Assembly (NCBI GenBank): GCA_025059435.1 | Contig: JANXDK010000001.1 | Coordinates: 1-25,071 of the forward strand | From: Thermoproteota archaeon | GTDB taxonomy: Archaea > Thermoproteota > EX4484-205 > JAAOZP01 | Length of the DNA: 25,071 nt | Reading direction: 5' to 3' | In this document: positions 18,181 through 25,071 of the stretch, piece after piece | Layout: the number at the start of each line of letters is the position of its first letter | How positions within the stretch are numbered: position 1 is the stretch's first letter | Program-made: the position numbers and the translations under genes | The notes under the pieces: generated by a model | Told to the model about the DNA's origin: nothing | The model's input: only the letters and a program-made list of their open reading frames with translations | The model's database searches: none

Positions 18181-18543
18181 ATGAACTCTTTCAGGTTTAA
18201 GCAATGCATAATAGTAAGGGAGGATTTGAAAATGTCAATAGGCAAGACTTGTGCACAGGTTGCACATGCAGCCGTTTCAGCAGCGGAAGAAACCCGCCGC
18301 CTTAAGCCGGAGTGGTTTAACGAATGGCTTAAAGAAGGACAGAGGAAAATAGTCCTAAGGGTTAAATCACTAGATGAGCTTTTTAAAATAAGGGATATGG
18401 CTTTAAAAGAGGGAGTTCCTACATGCCTTATTTCCGATATGGGTCTTACGGAGATTCCTCCCGGCACAGTAACTTGCCTAGGGCTAGGCCCGGCTCCCGA
18501 GGAGTTAATGGATAAAATTACCGGGAGCTTAGCGCTTTTGTAA
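18181..18543 (+). CDS. pth2: Peptidyl-tRNA hydrolase Pth2
   Basis: KQCIIVREDLKMSIGK.CAQVAHA, WLKEGQRKIVL, DMGLTEIPPGTVT.LGLGP. Start set at ATG 18181 rather than the track's 18142. Confidence 0.95.
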   Translation: MNSFRFKQCIIVREDLKMSIGKTCAQVAHAAVSAAEETRRLKPEWFNEWLKEGQRKIVLRVKSLDELFKIRDMALKEGVPTCLISDMGLTEIPPGTVTCLGLGPAPEELMDKITGSLALL

Positions 18544-18591
18544 CATCTTAAGGTTTATTAGGTTAAATACTCATTAGCGAAAAGAAGCATC

Positions 18592-20088
18592 TTGCCGTTG
18601 ACAAAGAAAAAATCGGATATTCTAGTGGAATTGGCAAAGCGCCGTGGGATATTCTGGCCTTCATACGAGATTTATGGTGGAGTAAAAGGACTGCTGACTT
18701 TGGGCAACGTAGGCTTCGAGATAAAGAGGCGTCTGGAAAACCTTTGGATAAAGTACTTCGTATACTCCAGGAATTTTCAAATAATAGAATCGCCGGTAAT
18801 AGGGCCTAGACCGGTTTACGTAGCCTCCGGACACGAATCTCAGTTTACTGATAAGGCTTTGAAATGCGGGAAATGCGGCTCCGTCTTTCGTGCTGACCAT
18901 CTTCTAGCAGAAATTGGTGTTAATGTTCCAGAAGGTGCTTCTACCGAGCATATAGATGAGCTTGTTACACGAAATATGGTTAAGTGTCCGAATTGCGGCG
19001 AGAATCTTTCAAAAGCATTCCAATGGCTCCTAATGTTCAAAACGGAAATAGGCGTCGGAGACTTGGGCTATTTAAGACCCGAGACGGCTCAAGGGATATT
19101 TACAGAATTCAGGAGGCTTTATGTTCACGGTAGATCGAGCTTACCCCTTGGAATCGCTCAGGTAGGGAAGGTTTTCAGAAACGAGATTTCTCCGAGACAA
19201 GGCCCCATAAGGTTGAGGGAATTCACGATAATGGAGGTCGAATTCTTTTTCGATCCTGATACTAACACGGGACCTTCTGAAGAAAGATACTTAGAGGAAA
19301 CAATACCAATATTAACTGCGGAAGACCAAGAGAAAGGGATTTCAGAACCACGTAAAGTAAAGGTTGGGGAAGCAATTAAAGAAAACATATTTAGCAACAA
19401 TTGGATACCTTTCTTCCTAGTCCTTACGAAGAGCTTTCTCGAAGCTCTCTGGATACCTGACGGTGCCTACAGGTTTAGAGAGAAGCTGCCTAACGAAAGG
19501 GCCCACTACGCTAAGCAGCTTTTTGACTGCGAGGTCTTCCTTGACTCATGGGGTTGGACTGAGGTCGCAGGCTTTGCCTATAGGACGGATTACGACCTCT
19601 CCGGCCACATGAGGGTCAGCGGTGAAGATATGAGCGTCTTCGTATCTTCGACTAATAAGAAGATCGTGCCTCATGTTGTAGAGCCTAGCTTCGGCGCAGA
19701 GAGGCTTCTATACGCCCTCCTCGAGTATGGGCTTAGAATTGAGGAGGATGGACGCACATATCTTTCCATACCTCCATACCTCTCGCCGTTCGACGTTTCC
19801 GTTTTCCCATTACTCTCAAAGCCTGAATTCATAGCTAAGGCTAAGGAGGTTGCTGCCATACTCGACTGTTTCAAACTAAACTTCGACGACTCGGGTAGCA
19901 TTGGTCGTAGGTATGCAAGGGCCGATGAAATAGGTATACCTTTTGCAGTAACTATAGACCACCAGACTTTTTCAGATAATACTGTAACGCTTAGGTTTAG
20001 AGATACGAAGGAACAGAAGAGAATAAGTATAACTAGCCTGCCCCTAGAGCTTTCTAGGCTGCTTTCACCTTCTAAACCCATCGTTTAA
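18592..20088 (+). CDS. glyS: Glycyl-tRNA synthetase, eukaryote-type (alpha2)
   Basis: YLRPETAQG, FRNEISPRQG.IRLREF...E, RAHYA, EPSFGAER, GSIGRRYARADEIG.PF..TID. Confidence 0.97.
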   Translation: MPLTKKKSDILVELAKRRGIFWPSYEIYGGVKGLLTLGNVGFEIKRRLENLWIKYFVYSRNFQIIESPVIGPRPVYVASGHESQFTDKALKCGKCGSVFRADHLLAEIGVNVPEGASTEHIDELVTRNMVKCPNCGENLSKAFQWLLMFKTEIGVGDLGYLRPETAQGIFTEFRRLYVHGRSSLPLGIAQVGKVFRNEISPRQGPIRLREFTIMEVEFFFDPDTNTGPSEERYLEETIPILTAEDQEKGISEPRKVKVGEAIKENIFSNNWIPFFLVLTKSFLEALWIPDGAYRFREKLPNERAHYAKQLFDCEVFLDSWGWTEVAGFAYRTDYDLSGHMRVSGEDMSVFVSSTNKKIVPHVVEPSFGAERLLYALLEYGLRIEEDGRTYLSIPPYLSPFDVSVFPLLSKPEFIAKAKEVAAILDCFKLNFDDSGSIGRRYARADEIGIPFAVTIDHQTFSDNTVTLRFRDTKEQKRISITSLPLELSRLLSPSKPIV

Positions 20089-20165
20089 AAAATTCGATAA
20101 AATATATTTAGCTGGAAAAGCTTAAAACTTAACACTGGTTAATATTAAAATAGGATAGTTGAGAA

Positions 20166-20825
20166 ATGTACCCCACTGAAACAACTTTACGTCTTAAACG
20201 ACAACTCCTACAAACATGTCAAGAGCTTGCAAGGTATGCCGTTGACTCGGTGAGAGAAGTCAATAACCTTGTCATAGCCTGTTTTGAAGATGATACTTCT
20301 AAGCTGGACGAGGTTTTGAACAACATAATCGTCCTAAAAAACAAGTCGATAGATACAAAAAGAAATCTTTCAAGCGAGCTTGTTGAAGCGGGGGCGATAA
20401 TGGTTAGTAGAGAGGATTTTCTAAGACTAGCTTCACCACTAACCGGAATACCTGATCTCTGCGAAGGAATAGTCTATAGGTTAAGGGAGTTCTTTCTCAA
20501 AAAGAAATCGGTTGATAAGAGCTTAAAGGACCATTTTAAAGAGTTGACGGCTAAAGCCCTCGATACAGTCGTAAAAATGAGGGAGACAATATTCACATTA
20601 GGCTTTGAAACTTCAAAAATACAGGATTTTGCTAGAAATGTTGAGGCATGTGAGAAAGAAGTTGACAGTGTATTCAGAAGCTTAGAGATCAAGATAATAT
20701 TTTCGAAAGCGGATGTTCCTACGATCCTACTGCTTAAGGATGTTGCAAATCTTATCGAGGAGGTTGTGGATAGGGCTGCTGACGCTGCGGATGCTGCTAG
20801 AGTATTATCTCTAAGCGTTTTCTAA
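20166..20825 (+). CDS. DUF47 / PhoU-like helical protein
   Basis: About 220-aa helical bundle with duplicated motifs (REDFLRLA...I.D; EKEVD...R...K.I...D.A..IEEV.D.A.DAAD). Confidence 0.75.
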   Translation: MYPTETTLRLKRQLLQTCQELARYAVDSVREVNNLVIACFEDDTSKLDEVLNNIIVLKNKSIDTKRNLSSELVEAGAIMVSREDFLRLASPLTGIPDLCEGIVYRLREFFLKKKSVDKSLKDHFKELTAKALDTVVKMRETIFTLGFETSKIQDFARNVEACEKEVDSVFRSLEIKIIFSKADVPTILLLKDVANLIEEVVDRAADAADAARVLSLSVF

Positions 20826-20838
20826 TACGGTGTAGAGA

Positions 20839-21402
20839 ATGGAAGACGATAGGACCGAGATAACTGCCGAACTCGTTGGAGACCGTCTTATAATATGGAA
20901 CATTATACACTCCCAAGAAGTTTATAAGATGGGCTTCTTCGGCAAACCCGTAGGCATCCCCAAGCCTAAGGATCATAATTTCAATGCCCCCTTAACATTA
21001 GACTTATTCGAGGGTCTTTATCTCTTAGAAAAGAGAATTATTAGAGTGGTTGACAGAGAAGGTAGAGAAATAACTCCTGAGCAATTACTTAGAATCGCCT
21101 CTAGAATACATGAGGATTTCAAAAGCAAATTCATAGTTTATAGGGATCTTAGAAACAGGGGCTTTATAGTTACACCAGGAATTAAATTCGGATGCGACTT
21201 TGCGATATACGAACATGGTCCAGGGATAGATCATGCACCAGCAATACTTGAAGTTAAAAAAGTCGGAGATAAGATAGATGCACCTGATTTTATTCGTGCA
21301 GGTAGGCTTGCAACTTCTGTCAGAAAACTGTTTGTTTTCGCAATATCGGATACGAAAAACGATGACGTTAAATATCTCGTATCAAAATGGTGGAAAGCAT
21401 AA
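20839..21402 (+). CDS. endA: tRNA-splicing endonuclease, catalytic alpha subunit
   Basis: VYRDLRNRGF.V.PG.KFG.DF; catalytic Tyr (AIY), His (DHA), Lys (VRK); N-terminal loop GFFGKPVGIPKPK. Confidence 0.96.
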   Translation: MEDDRTEITAELVGDRLIIWNIIHSQEVYKMGFFGKPVGIPKPKDHNFNAPLTLDLFEGLYLLEKRIIRVVDREGREITPEQLLRIASRIHEDFKSKFIVYRDLRNRGFIVTPGIKFGCDFAIYEHGPGIDHAPAILEVKKVGDKIDAPDFIRAGRLATSVRKLFVFAISDTKNDDVKYLVSKWWKA

Positions 21403-21463
21403 AAAATAACACTAAACAAACTGAAACTCGTATCGAATATTTTACTATTCTGATTATATGATT

Positions 21464-21787
21464 TTAAACCATGCGTTCGAGTACATGTTTCTTAAGGCTA
21501 TCCATTAGATTAGTATCTAGAGAATTGATGACTTTGAATATTCTTGGGTCTGTAACTTTATAGAGTCTCTTATTTCCAACCTTGCTTTCTTCAACCATAC
21601 CGCATTCCTTCAGTATCTTCAAGTGACGTGAAACCGCTGGCTGAACAACACCGGTTCTCTTAACTATGTCGCTAACATACTTTCCGCCTTCTTTGAGTAA
21701 TTCGACGATCTCTAATCTGGCAGGATCGCTTAAAGCCTTGAATACTTTTGCCTTAAATGCTTCTGGTTTCTTTCCTACTTGCTTCAT
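21464..21787 (-). CDS. ArsR/SmtB family transcriptional regulator
   Basis: VFKALSDPARLEIVELL, QPAVSRHLKILKECG.V, GNKRLY. Confidence 0.92.
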   Translation of the reverse strand: MKQVGKKPEAFKAKVFKALSDPARLEIVELLKEGGKYVSDIVKRTGVVQPAVSRHLKILKECGMVEESKVGNKRLYKVTDPRIFKVINSLDTNLMDSLKKHVLERMV

Positions 21788-21795
21788 GGCTTTGT

Positions 21796-21820
21796 TATCT
21801 TTTTGATACGTATATTTAAG
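21796..21820 (-). promoter_or_regulatory. Candidate arsR promoter with overlapping palindromes (possible autoregulatory operator)
   Basis: TATA-like CTTAAATA (minus strand, 21813-21820) 26-33 nt before the ATG; palindrome ATACGTAT (21806-21813) and TATC-N5-GATA (21796-21808) lie between them. Confidence 0.4.
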
Positions 21821-21990
21821 TATTTACTGTTCATAAGAAAAAATAACAAAAATTAATTAAATACCTAAGATAAATGGAAGTAAGATGGGAACAATAAACA
21901 ACAAGATGATTCTACTAAAATAAGTCGAATTTAGACATAATGTTACATATTAGTCACAAATGACTTATGAAGGTAGTTCATAATATTACT

Positions 21991-22024
21991 ATAAGATTAA
22001 ATAAGATTAAAGATTTTAGATTTT
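21991..22024. repeat. Short tandem repeats ATAAGATTAA x2 followed by AGATTTT x2
   Basis: Read directly in the AT-rich arsR-tRNA spacer. Confidence 0.6.
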
Positions 22025-22092
22025 ATATGCATACCTGAATTTTGAGTTATAACTTGATTAGCTGAATCAATTAACCTCTTATAAAAATGAGT

Positions 22093-22100
22093 CAAAAAAG
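22093..22100 (-). terminator. Oligo-T terminator candidate for tRNA-Tyr
   Basis: Minus strand CTTTTTTG about 24 nt past the discriminator base. Confidence 0.45.
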
Positions 22101-22158
22101 AATATTAGGATGAATAATCATGTCCCGCGGGCTGGATTTGAACCAGCGACACTCCGGT

Positions 22159-22203
22159 TTCTGTTCGCCCGGTAGGCTGAACGCCCCCACTCGCGGTGGA
22201 GGA
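22159..22203 (-). other. 45-nt tRNA intron at canonical position 37/38
   Basis: CTGT (32-35) pairs with intron ACAG, followed by a 3-nt bulge AA^A before C39. Confidence 0.9.
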
Positions 22204-22226
22204 CTACAGCCGGAAGCTCTACCAGG

Positions 22227-22247
22227 CTTCTCTCCAAACACTTGGAT
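22227..22247 (-). other. 21-nt tRNA intron in the D loop (13/14 to 15/16; geometry favours 15/16)
   Basis: Insertion ATCCAAGTGTTTGGAGAGAAG with a TCCAA/TTGGA hairpin, and bulges AG^A and AG^C flanking GCTC/GAGA. Confidence 0.85.
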
Positions 22248-22289
22248 CTGAGCTACCGCGGGACGTTTTCTCCTTATGTAGCTGCGTCC

Positions 22290-22302
22290 TTTTTAACTTT
22301 TC
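22290..22302 (-). promoter_or_regulatory. Candidate BRE/TATA for tRNA-Tyr
   Basis: Minus strand GAAAAG-TTAAAAA ending 28 nt upstream of tRNA position 1. Confidence 0.45.
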
Positions 22303-22511
22303 TTCAGGATTTTATTTAGAACGCTGAAAATCGGTCTCAAATTTTTAACCACTTCTCCTCAGCCTTCAAGCAGGGATACGGCGATTTAAACCATTAAATT
22401 ATCTATCCTCCTCGATATTTAAAAGTAGGACCACTGTTTTCCCTAAACTCCAATAACCTTTTTAAGGGGAAACGTTTATTACCTTCTTTTCAATACCCCA
22501 CTCGACGCTGC

Positions 22512-22769
22512 TTGGTTAGTAAGAAAAACATTAGTAAAGTTAACATACTCGACCATGTTTTAGTGCCCCGTCACCGGATTTTATCTCATGAAGAGAAGGA
22601 GGCCCTGCTTAAAAAGTATAATATCAAGCCTTCTCAATTGCCCAAGATGCTCAATAGCGATCCCATTGCGGTTGCTATAGGGGCTAAAATAGGGGATATT
22701 GTTGAAATCATAAGGAAAAGTCCTGTTGCCGGAGAGACGCTGGCATACCGCGTGGTAGTGGAGGGTTGA
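22512..22769 (+). CDS. rpoH: RNA polymerase subunit H (Rpo5)
   Basis: [34 protein letters not shown]...AYRVV. Confidence 0.97.
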   Translation: MVSKKNISKVNILDHVLVPRHRILSHEEKEALLKKYNIKPSQLPKMLNSDPIAVAIGAKIGDIVEIIRKSPVAGETLAYRVVVEG

Positions 22770-22774
22770 AGAGG

Positions 22775-25071
22775 TTGAGTAACGTGTCTGAGGAACTTAC
22801 CGAGGCAGACCTTTGGATGGTTGCTGAAAGTTATATTAAGAGCATCGGACTGGCGAGGCACCACATAGATTCTTTCAATGAATTTGTAGATAAGGATATG
22901 CAGAAAATAGTGGACGAGGTTAAGAGTGTAGAGGTTAATGTAGAAGATAAGATAATACGTGTGGAGTTTGGAGAGGTAAGGGTCCATGTTCCGAGAATCA
23001 TAGAGCCTAGCGGTGCTATGAGAAACATATACCCAATGGAGGCTAGGATGAGGAACTTTACATATGCTGCTCCAATTTACCTGGAGATTAAGGAGATAAG
23101 AGACGGTAGGGAAATCAGACAAGAGGTTCTGATAGGAGAACTTCCAATCATGGTTAACTCGAGGTATTGTGCACTTGCTGGCCTCAGCCCTGAGGCAAGG
23201 GTTAGGTTGGGCGAAGACCCGTACGATCCCGGTGGCTATTTCATAATAAACGGTTCCGAGAGGGTTATAGTCGGTGTCGAGGACCTTGCTCCCAATAGAA
23301 TAATATTAGAGGAGAAGAAAATAGGCCCATACTCGTTCTATATTGCACGAATATTTTCCACTACAGTAGGTTATAGAACTAGAGTTGAAGTGAGACTGAA
23401 GGGTCAGAGTAATGAGTTAAAGGTATACCTGCCCGGTGTTGGACAGGAGATTCCATTCATAATAATGCTGAAGGCTCTTGGGATGGCCTCGGATAAGGAG
23501 ATAGCAGAACGTGTTTCGCCATTTCCAGAGATACAAGAGCTCTTAGCACCTTCTTTTGATGCTGCCCAGAACATTATGAGTAAAGAGGATGCTATAATGT
23601 ACATTGGCAACAGGGTTGCATATGGGCAGTCAGATAAAGTTCGTTTAAACAAGACTCAGAACGTATTGGACAAGATCCTGTTACCACACCTTGGTATGGA
23701 TGAATCTGCCAGGTACAATAAGGCGCTCTTCTTATGTGAAATGGCTGAGAGGATACTTGCAATGAAACTCGGCTGGCGTCCACCAGACGATAAAGACCAT
23801 TATAAGAATAAGAGGATTAGGCTTGCAGGAGGACTTCTTGCAGAGCTCTTTAGAACATCCTTTAGGAGAATGGTTAGAGACTTTAGGTATCAACTCGAGA
23901 AGTTTAGCTTGAGACATAGAGCTATCTATTCGTTCTCGAATCTTATCACTACTAGTCTAATTACTGATACTATAAACCAAGCCATGGCAACTGGGAATTG
24001 GGGTAAGAGGCTCGTCGGCGTCACTCAGCTACTGGATAGGACCAATTACCTCTCCGTAATAAGTCATCTAAGGAGGATCCAGTCGCCTTTAAGCCGGAGC
24101 CAATCTAACTTTGATGCTAGAGATCTTCATCCTACTCAATGGGGCAAGCTGGATCCTAATGAGACTCCTGAAGGAGTAAACTGTGGATTGGTGAAGAATA
24201 TGAGCATAGGTGCACAGGTCTCAGTTTCTGCAGACAAGTCCGTACTTGATAAGATACTTTCAAAATTCGGCATTATTCCCATCACTAAAGCGGATCAGGA
24301 AACCCGTCTAACGGCGGCGAAGATCTTCATAGATGGAGTCCCAGTAGGATATTCTCATTCTGGCGAGGTCCTTGTTAAAGAGATTAGGAGCCTTAGGAGG
24401 AGAGGAGTAATACCGCCAGAGATAAACGTAGCATATTACGAGTTTAATTACGGCGGGAGGATCGTTAAAGAGATTTACTTTAACGCTGACCCGGGTAGGA
24501 TTAGGAGACCCCTAATAGTAATAGAAGATGGGCAGGTTAAGCTTACTAAGGATCATGTTTCTAAACTTGCTCTCGGTAAGATAAGTTTCGACGACTTGGT
24601 TAACAACGGTATTGTAGAATTCCTGGATGCCGAGGAAGAGGAGAACGCATTTATAGCGGTTTCGCTGAAAGACGTTTCAAACGAGACAACACACCTGGAA
24701 ATAAGCCCCATACTCATATTCGGCGTCGTCTCGGCAATGGTCCCGTTTGCGGAGCACAATCACTCCCCCAGGAATACTTACGAGGCGGCAATGGCTAAGC
24801 AAGCACTGGGTCTTCCCTTTGCAAACATTAACAATGCTTTCTACACTACCTTCCACGTCATGACTTATCCTCAGACCCCATTAGTGTCTTCGAGAATAGA
24901 CCCGATTATAGGCCTCGATAAAAGGCCTATTGGTCAGAACTTCTTAGTGGCAGTATTATCACACCCGTATAATATGGAGGATGCCATAGTTCTAAATGCT
25001 GCATCTATCCAACGTGGCCTCGCTAGGTCAACCACCTACAAATCATATGAGGTTGAAGCCAGGAGATATCC
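22775..25071 (+). CDS. rpoB: RNA polymerase subunit B (Rpo2), unsplit; runs off the window end, not in ORF track
   Basis: Translated by hand with no stop for 765 codons: HIDSFNEF, GGYFIINGSERV, DDKDHYKNKRIRLAG, ATGNWG, ETPEGVNCGLVKN, DAEEEEN, HNHSPRNTY, YNMEDA. Start is TTG 22775 or GTG 22784. Confidence 0.97.
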   Translation, partial: MSNVSEELTEADLWMVAESYIKSIGLARHHIDSFNEFVDKDMQKIVDEVKSVEVNVEDKIIRVEFGEVRVHVPRIIEPSGAMRNIYPMEARMRNFTYAAPIYLEIKEIRDGREIRQEVLIGELPIMVNSRYCALAGLSPEARVRLGEDPYDPGGYFIINGSERVIVGVEDLAPNRIILEEKKIGPYSFYIARIFSTTVGYRTRVEVRLKGQSNELKVYLPGVGQEIPFIIMLKALGMASDKEIAERVSPFPEIQELLAPSFDAAQNIMSKEDAIMYIGNRVAYGQSDKVRLNKTQNVLDKILLPHLGMDESARYNKALFLCEMAERILAMKLGWRPPDDKDHYKNKRIRLAGGLLAELFRTSFRRMVRDFRYQLEKFSLRHRAIYSFSNLITTSLITDTINQAMATGNWGKRLVGVTQLLDRTNYLSVISHLRRIQSPLSRSQSNFDARDLHPTQWGKLDPNETPEGVNCGLVKNMSIGAQVSVSADKSVLDKILSKFGIIPITKADQETRLTAAKIFIDGVPVGYSHSGEVLVKEIRSLRRRGVIPPEINVAYYEFNYGGRIVKEIYFNADPGRIRRPLIVIEDGQVKLTKDHVSKLALGKISFDDLVNNGIVEFLDAEEEENAFIAVSLKDVSNETTHLEISPILIFGVVSAMVPFAEHNHSPRNTYEAAMAKQALGLPFANINNAFYTTFHVMTYPQTPLVSSRIDPIIGLDKRPIGQNFLVAVLSHPYNMEDAIVLNAASIQRGLARSTTYKSYEVEARRY

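Larger units (their letters stand above)
22123..22262 (-). tRNA. trnY: tRNA-Tyr(GTA) with two introns; 74-nt mature body, CCA not encoded
   Basis: Removing 21 + 45 nt gives a full cloverleaf: acceptor CCCGCGG/CCGCGGG (C1-G72, A73), D arm GCTC-AGCCTGGTA-GAGC, anticodon arm TCCGG-CTGTAGA-CCGGA (anticodon 22205-22207), T arm GCTGG-TTCAAAT-CCAGC. Confidence 0.95.

Noticed and set aside
18592-20088. GlyRS looks short (498 aa), suggesting truncation
   Set aside because: All class II motifs and the anticodon-binding domain are present; the size reflects a missing insertion, which is known variation.
21403-22262. Integrated element with att sites at tRNA-Tyr
   Set aside because: No second copy of the tRNA 3' end and no integrase or transposase in the window; kept only as a weak scar hypothesis.
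22436-22471. Imperfect inverted repeat TTTCCCTAAA...TTTAAGGGGAAA upstream of rpoH
   Set aside because: Imperfect, low-complexity and within a divergent promoter region; no support for a structured RNA.
1042-24759. Numerous 60-160 aa ORFs in the track that overlap assigned genes (e.g. 1042-1425, 2877-3323, 4984-5349, 18108-18467, 19671-20081, 22634-23122)
   Set aside because: They lie antisense or out of frame within well-supported genes and show no recognisable motifs; typical shadow ORFs.
24121-24990. RpoB point variants (KLDPNETPEG, HNHSPRN, SHPYNMEDA)
   Set aside because: Single-residue deviations in an otherwise intact frame; cannot be distinguished from lineage variation without an alignment.
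1-25071. CRISPR array, rRNA, additional tRNAs, C/D box sRNAs, Sec/Pyl read-through or frameshifted genes
   Set aside because: No regularly spaced repeats, no other cloverleaf, no convincing box C/D pairs seen in the intergenic gaps, and all assigned genes have uninterrupted frames.

Overview
Archaeal core-genome window, probably from a TACK-group lineage outside the classical Crenarchaeota: it carries the PolD small subunit (DP1), a PolB1-type polymerase and an unsplit rpoB. In order it holds DP1; an ECF transporter module (ecfA1-ecfA2-ecfT); the exosome/proteasome superoperon (pop5, psmA, SBDS, rrp4, rrp41, rrp42, rpl37ae, pcc1, prefoldin beta); polB1; a Gfo/Idh/MocA oxidoreductase, two membrane proteins and ino1; DUF371; pcm; fen1, a small wHTH protein, EF-1beta and a 53-aa zinc finger missing from the ORF track; pth2; glyS, DUF47 and endA; an orphan ArsR regulator; a tRNA-Tyr(GTA) gene split by two introns; rpoH; and the first 765 codons of rpoB (also missing from the track). 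I found no mobile element, CRISPR array or intein, and no clearly novel multi-gene system. The most interesting element is the tRNA-Tyr with a non-canonical D-loop intron and a branched anticodon-loop intron, about 0.7 kb from a splicing endonuclease subunit that has the loop linked to non-canonical intron cleavage. Secondary points are a divergent proteasome alpha gate, a Q-loop substitution in EcfA2, Gln-less PIP boxes and frequent TTG starts. All calls come from motif recognition by eye; no searches were run.
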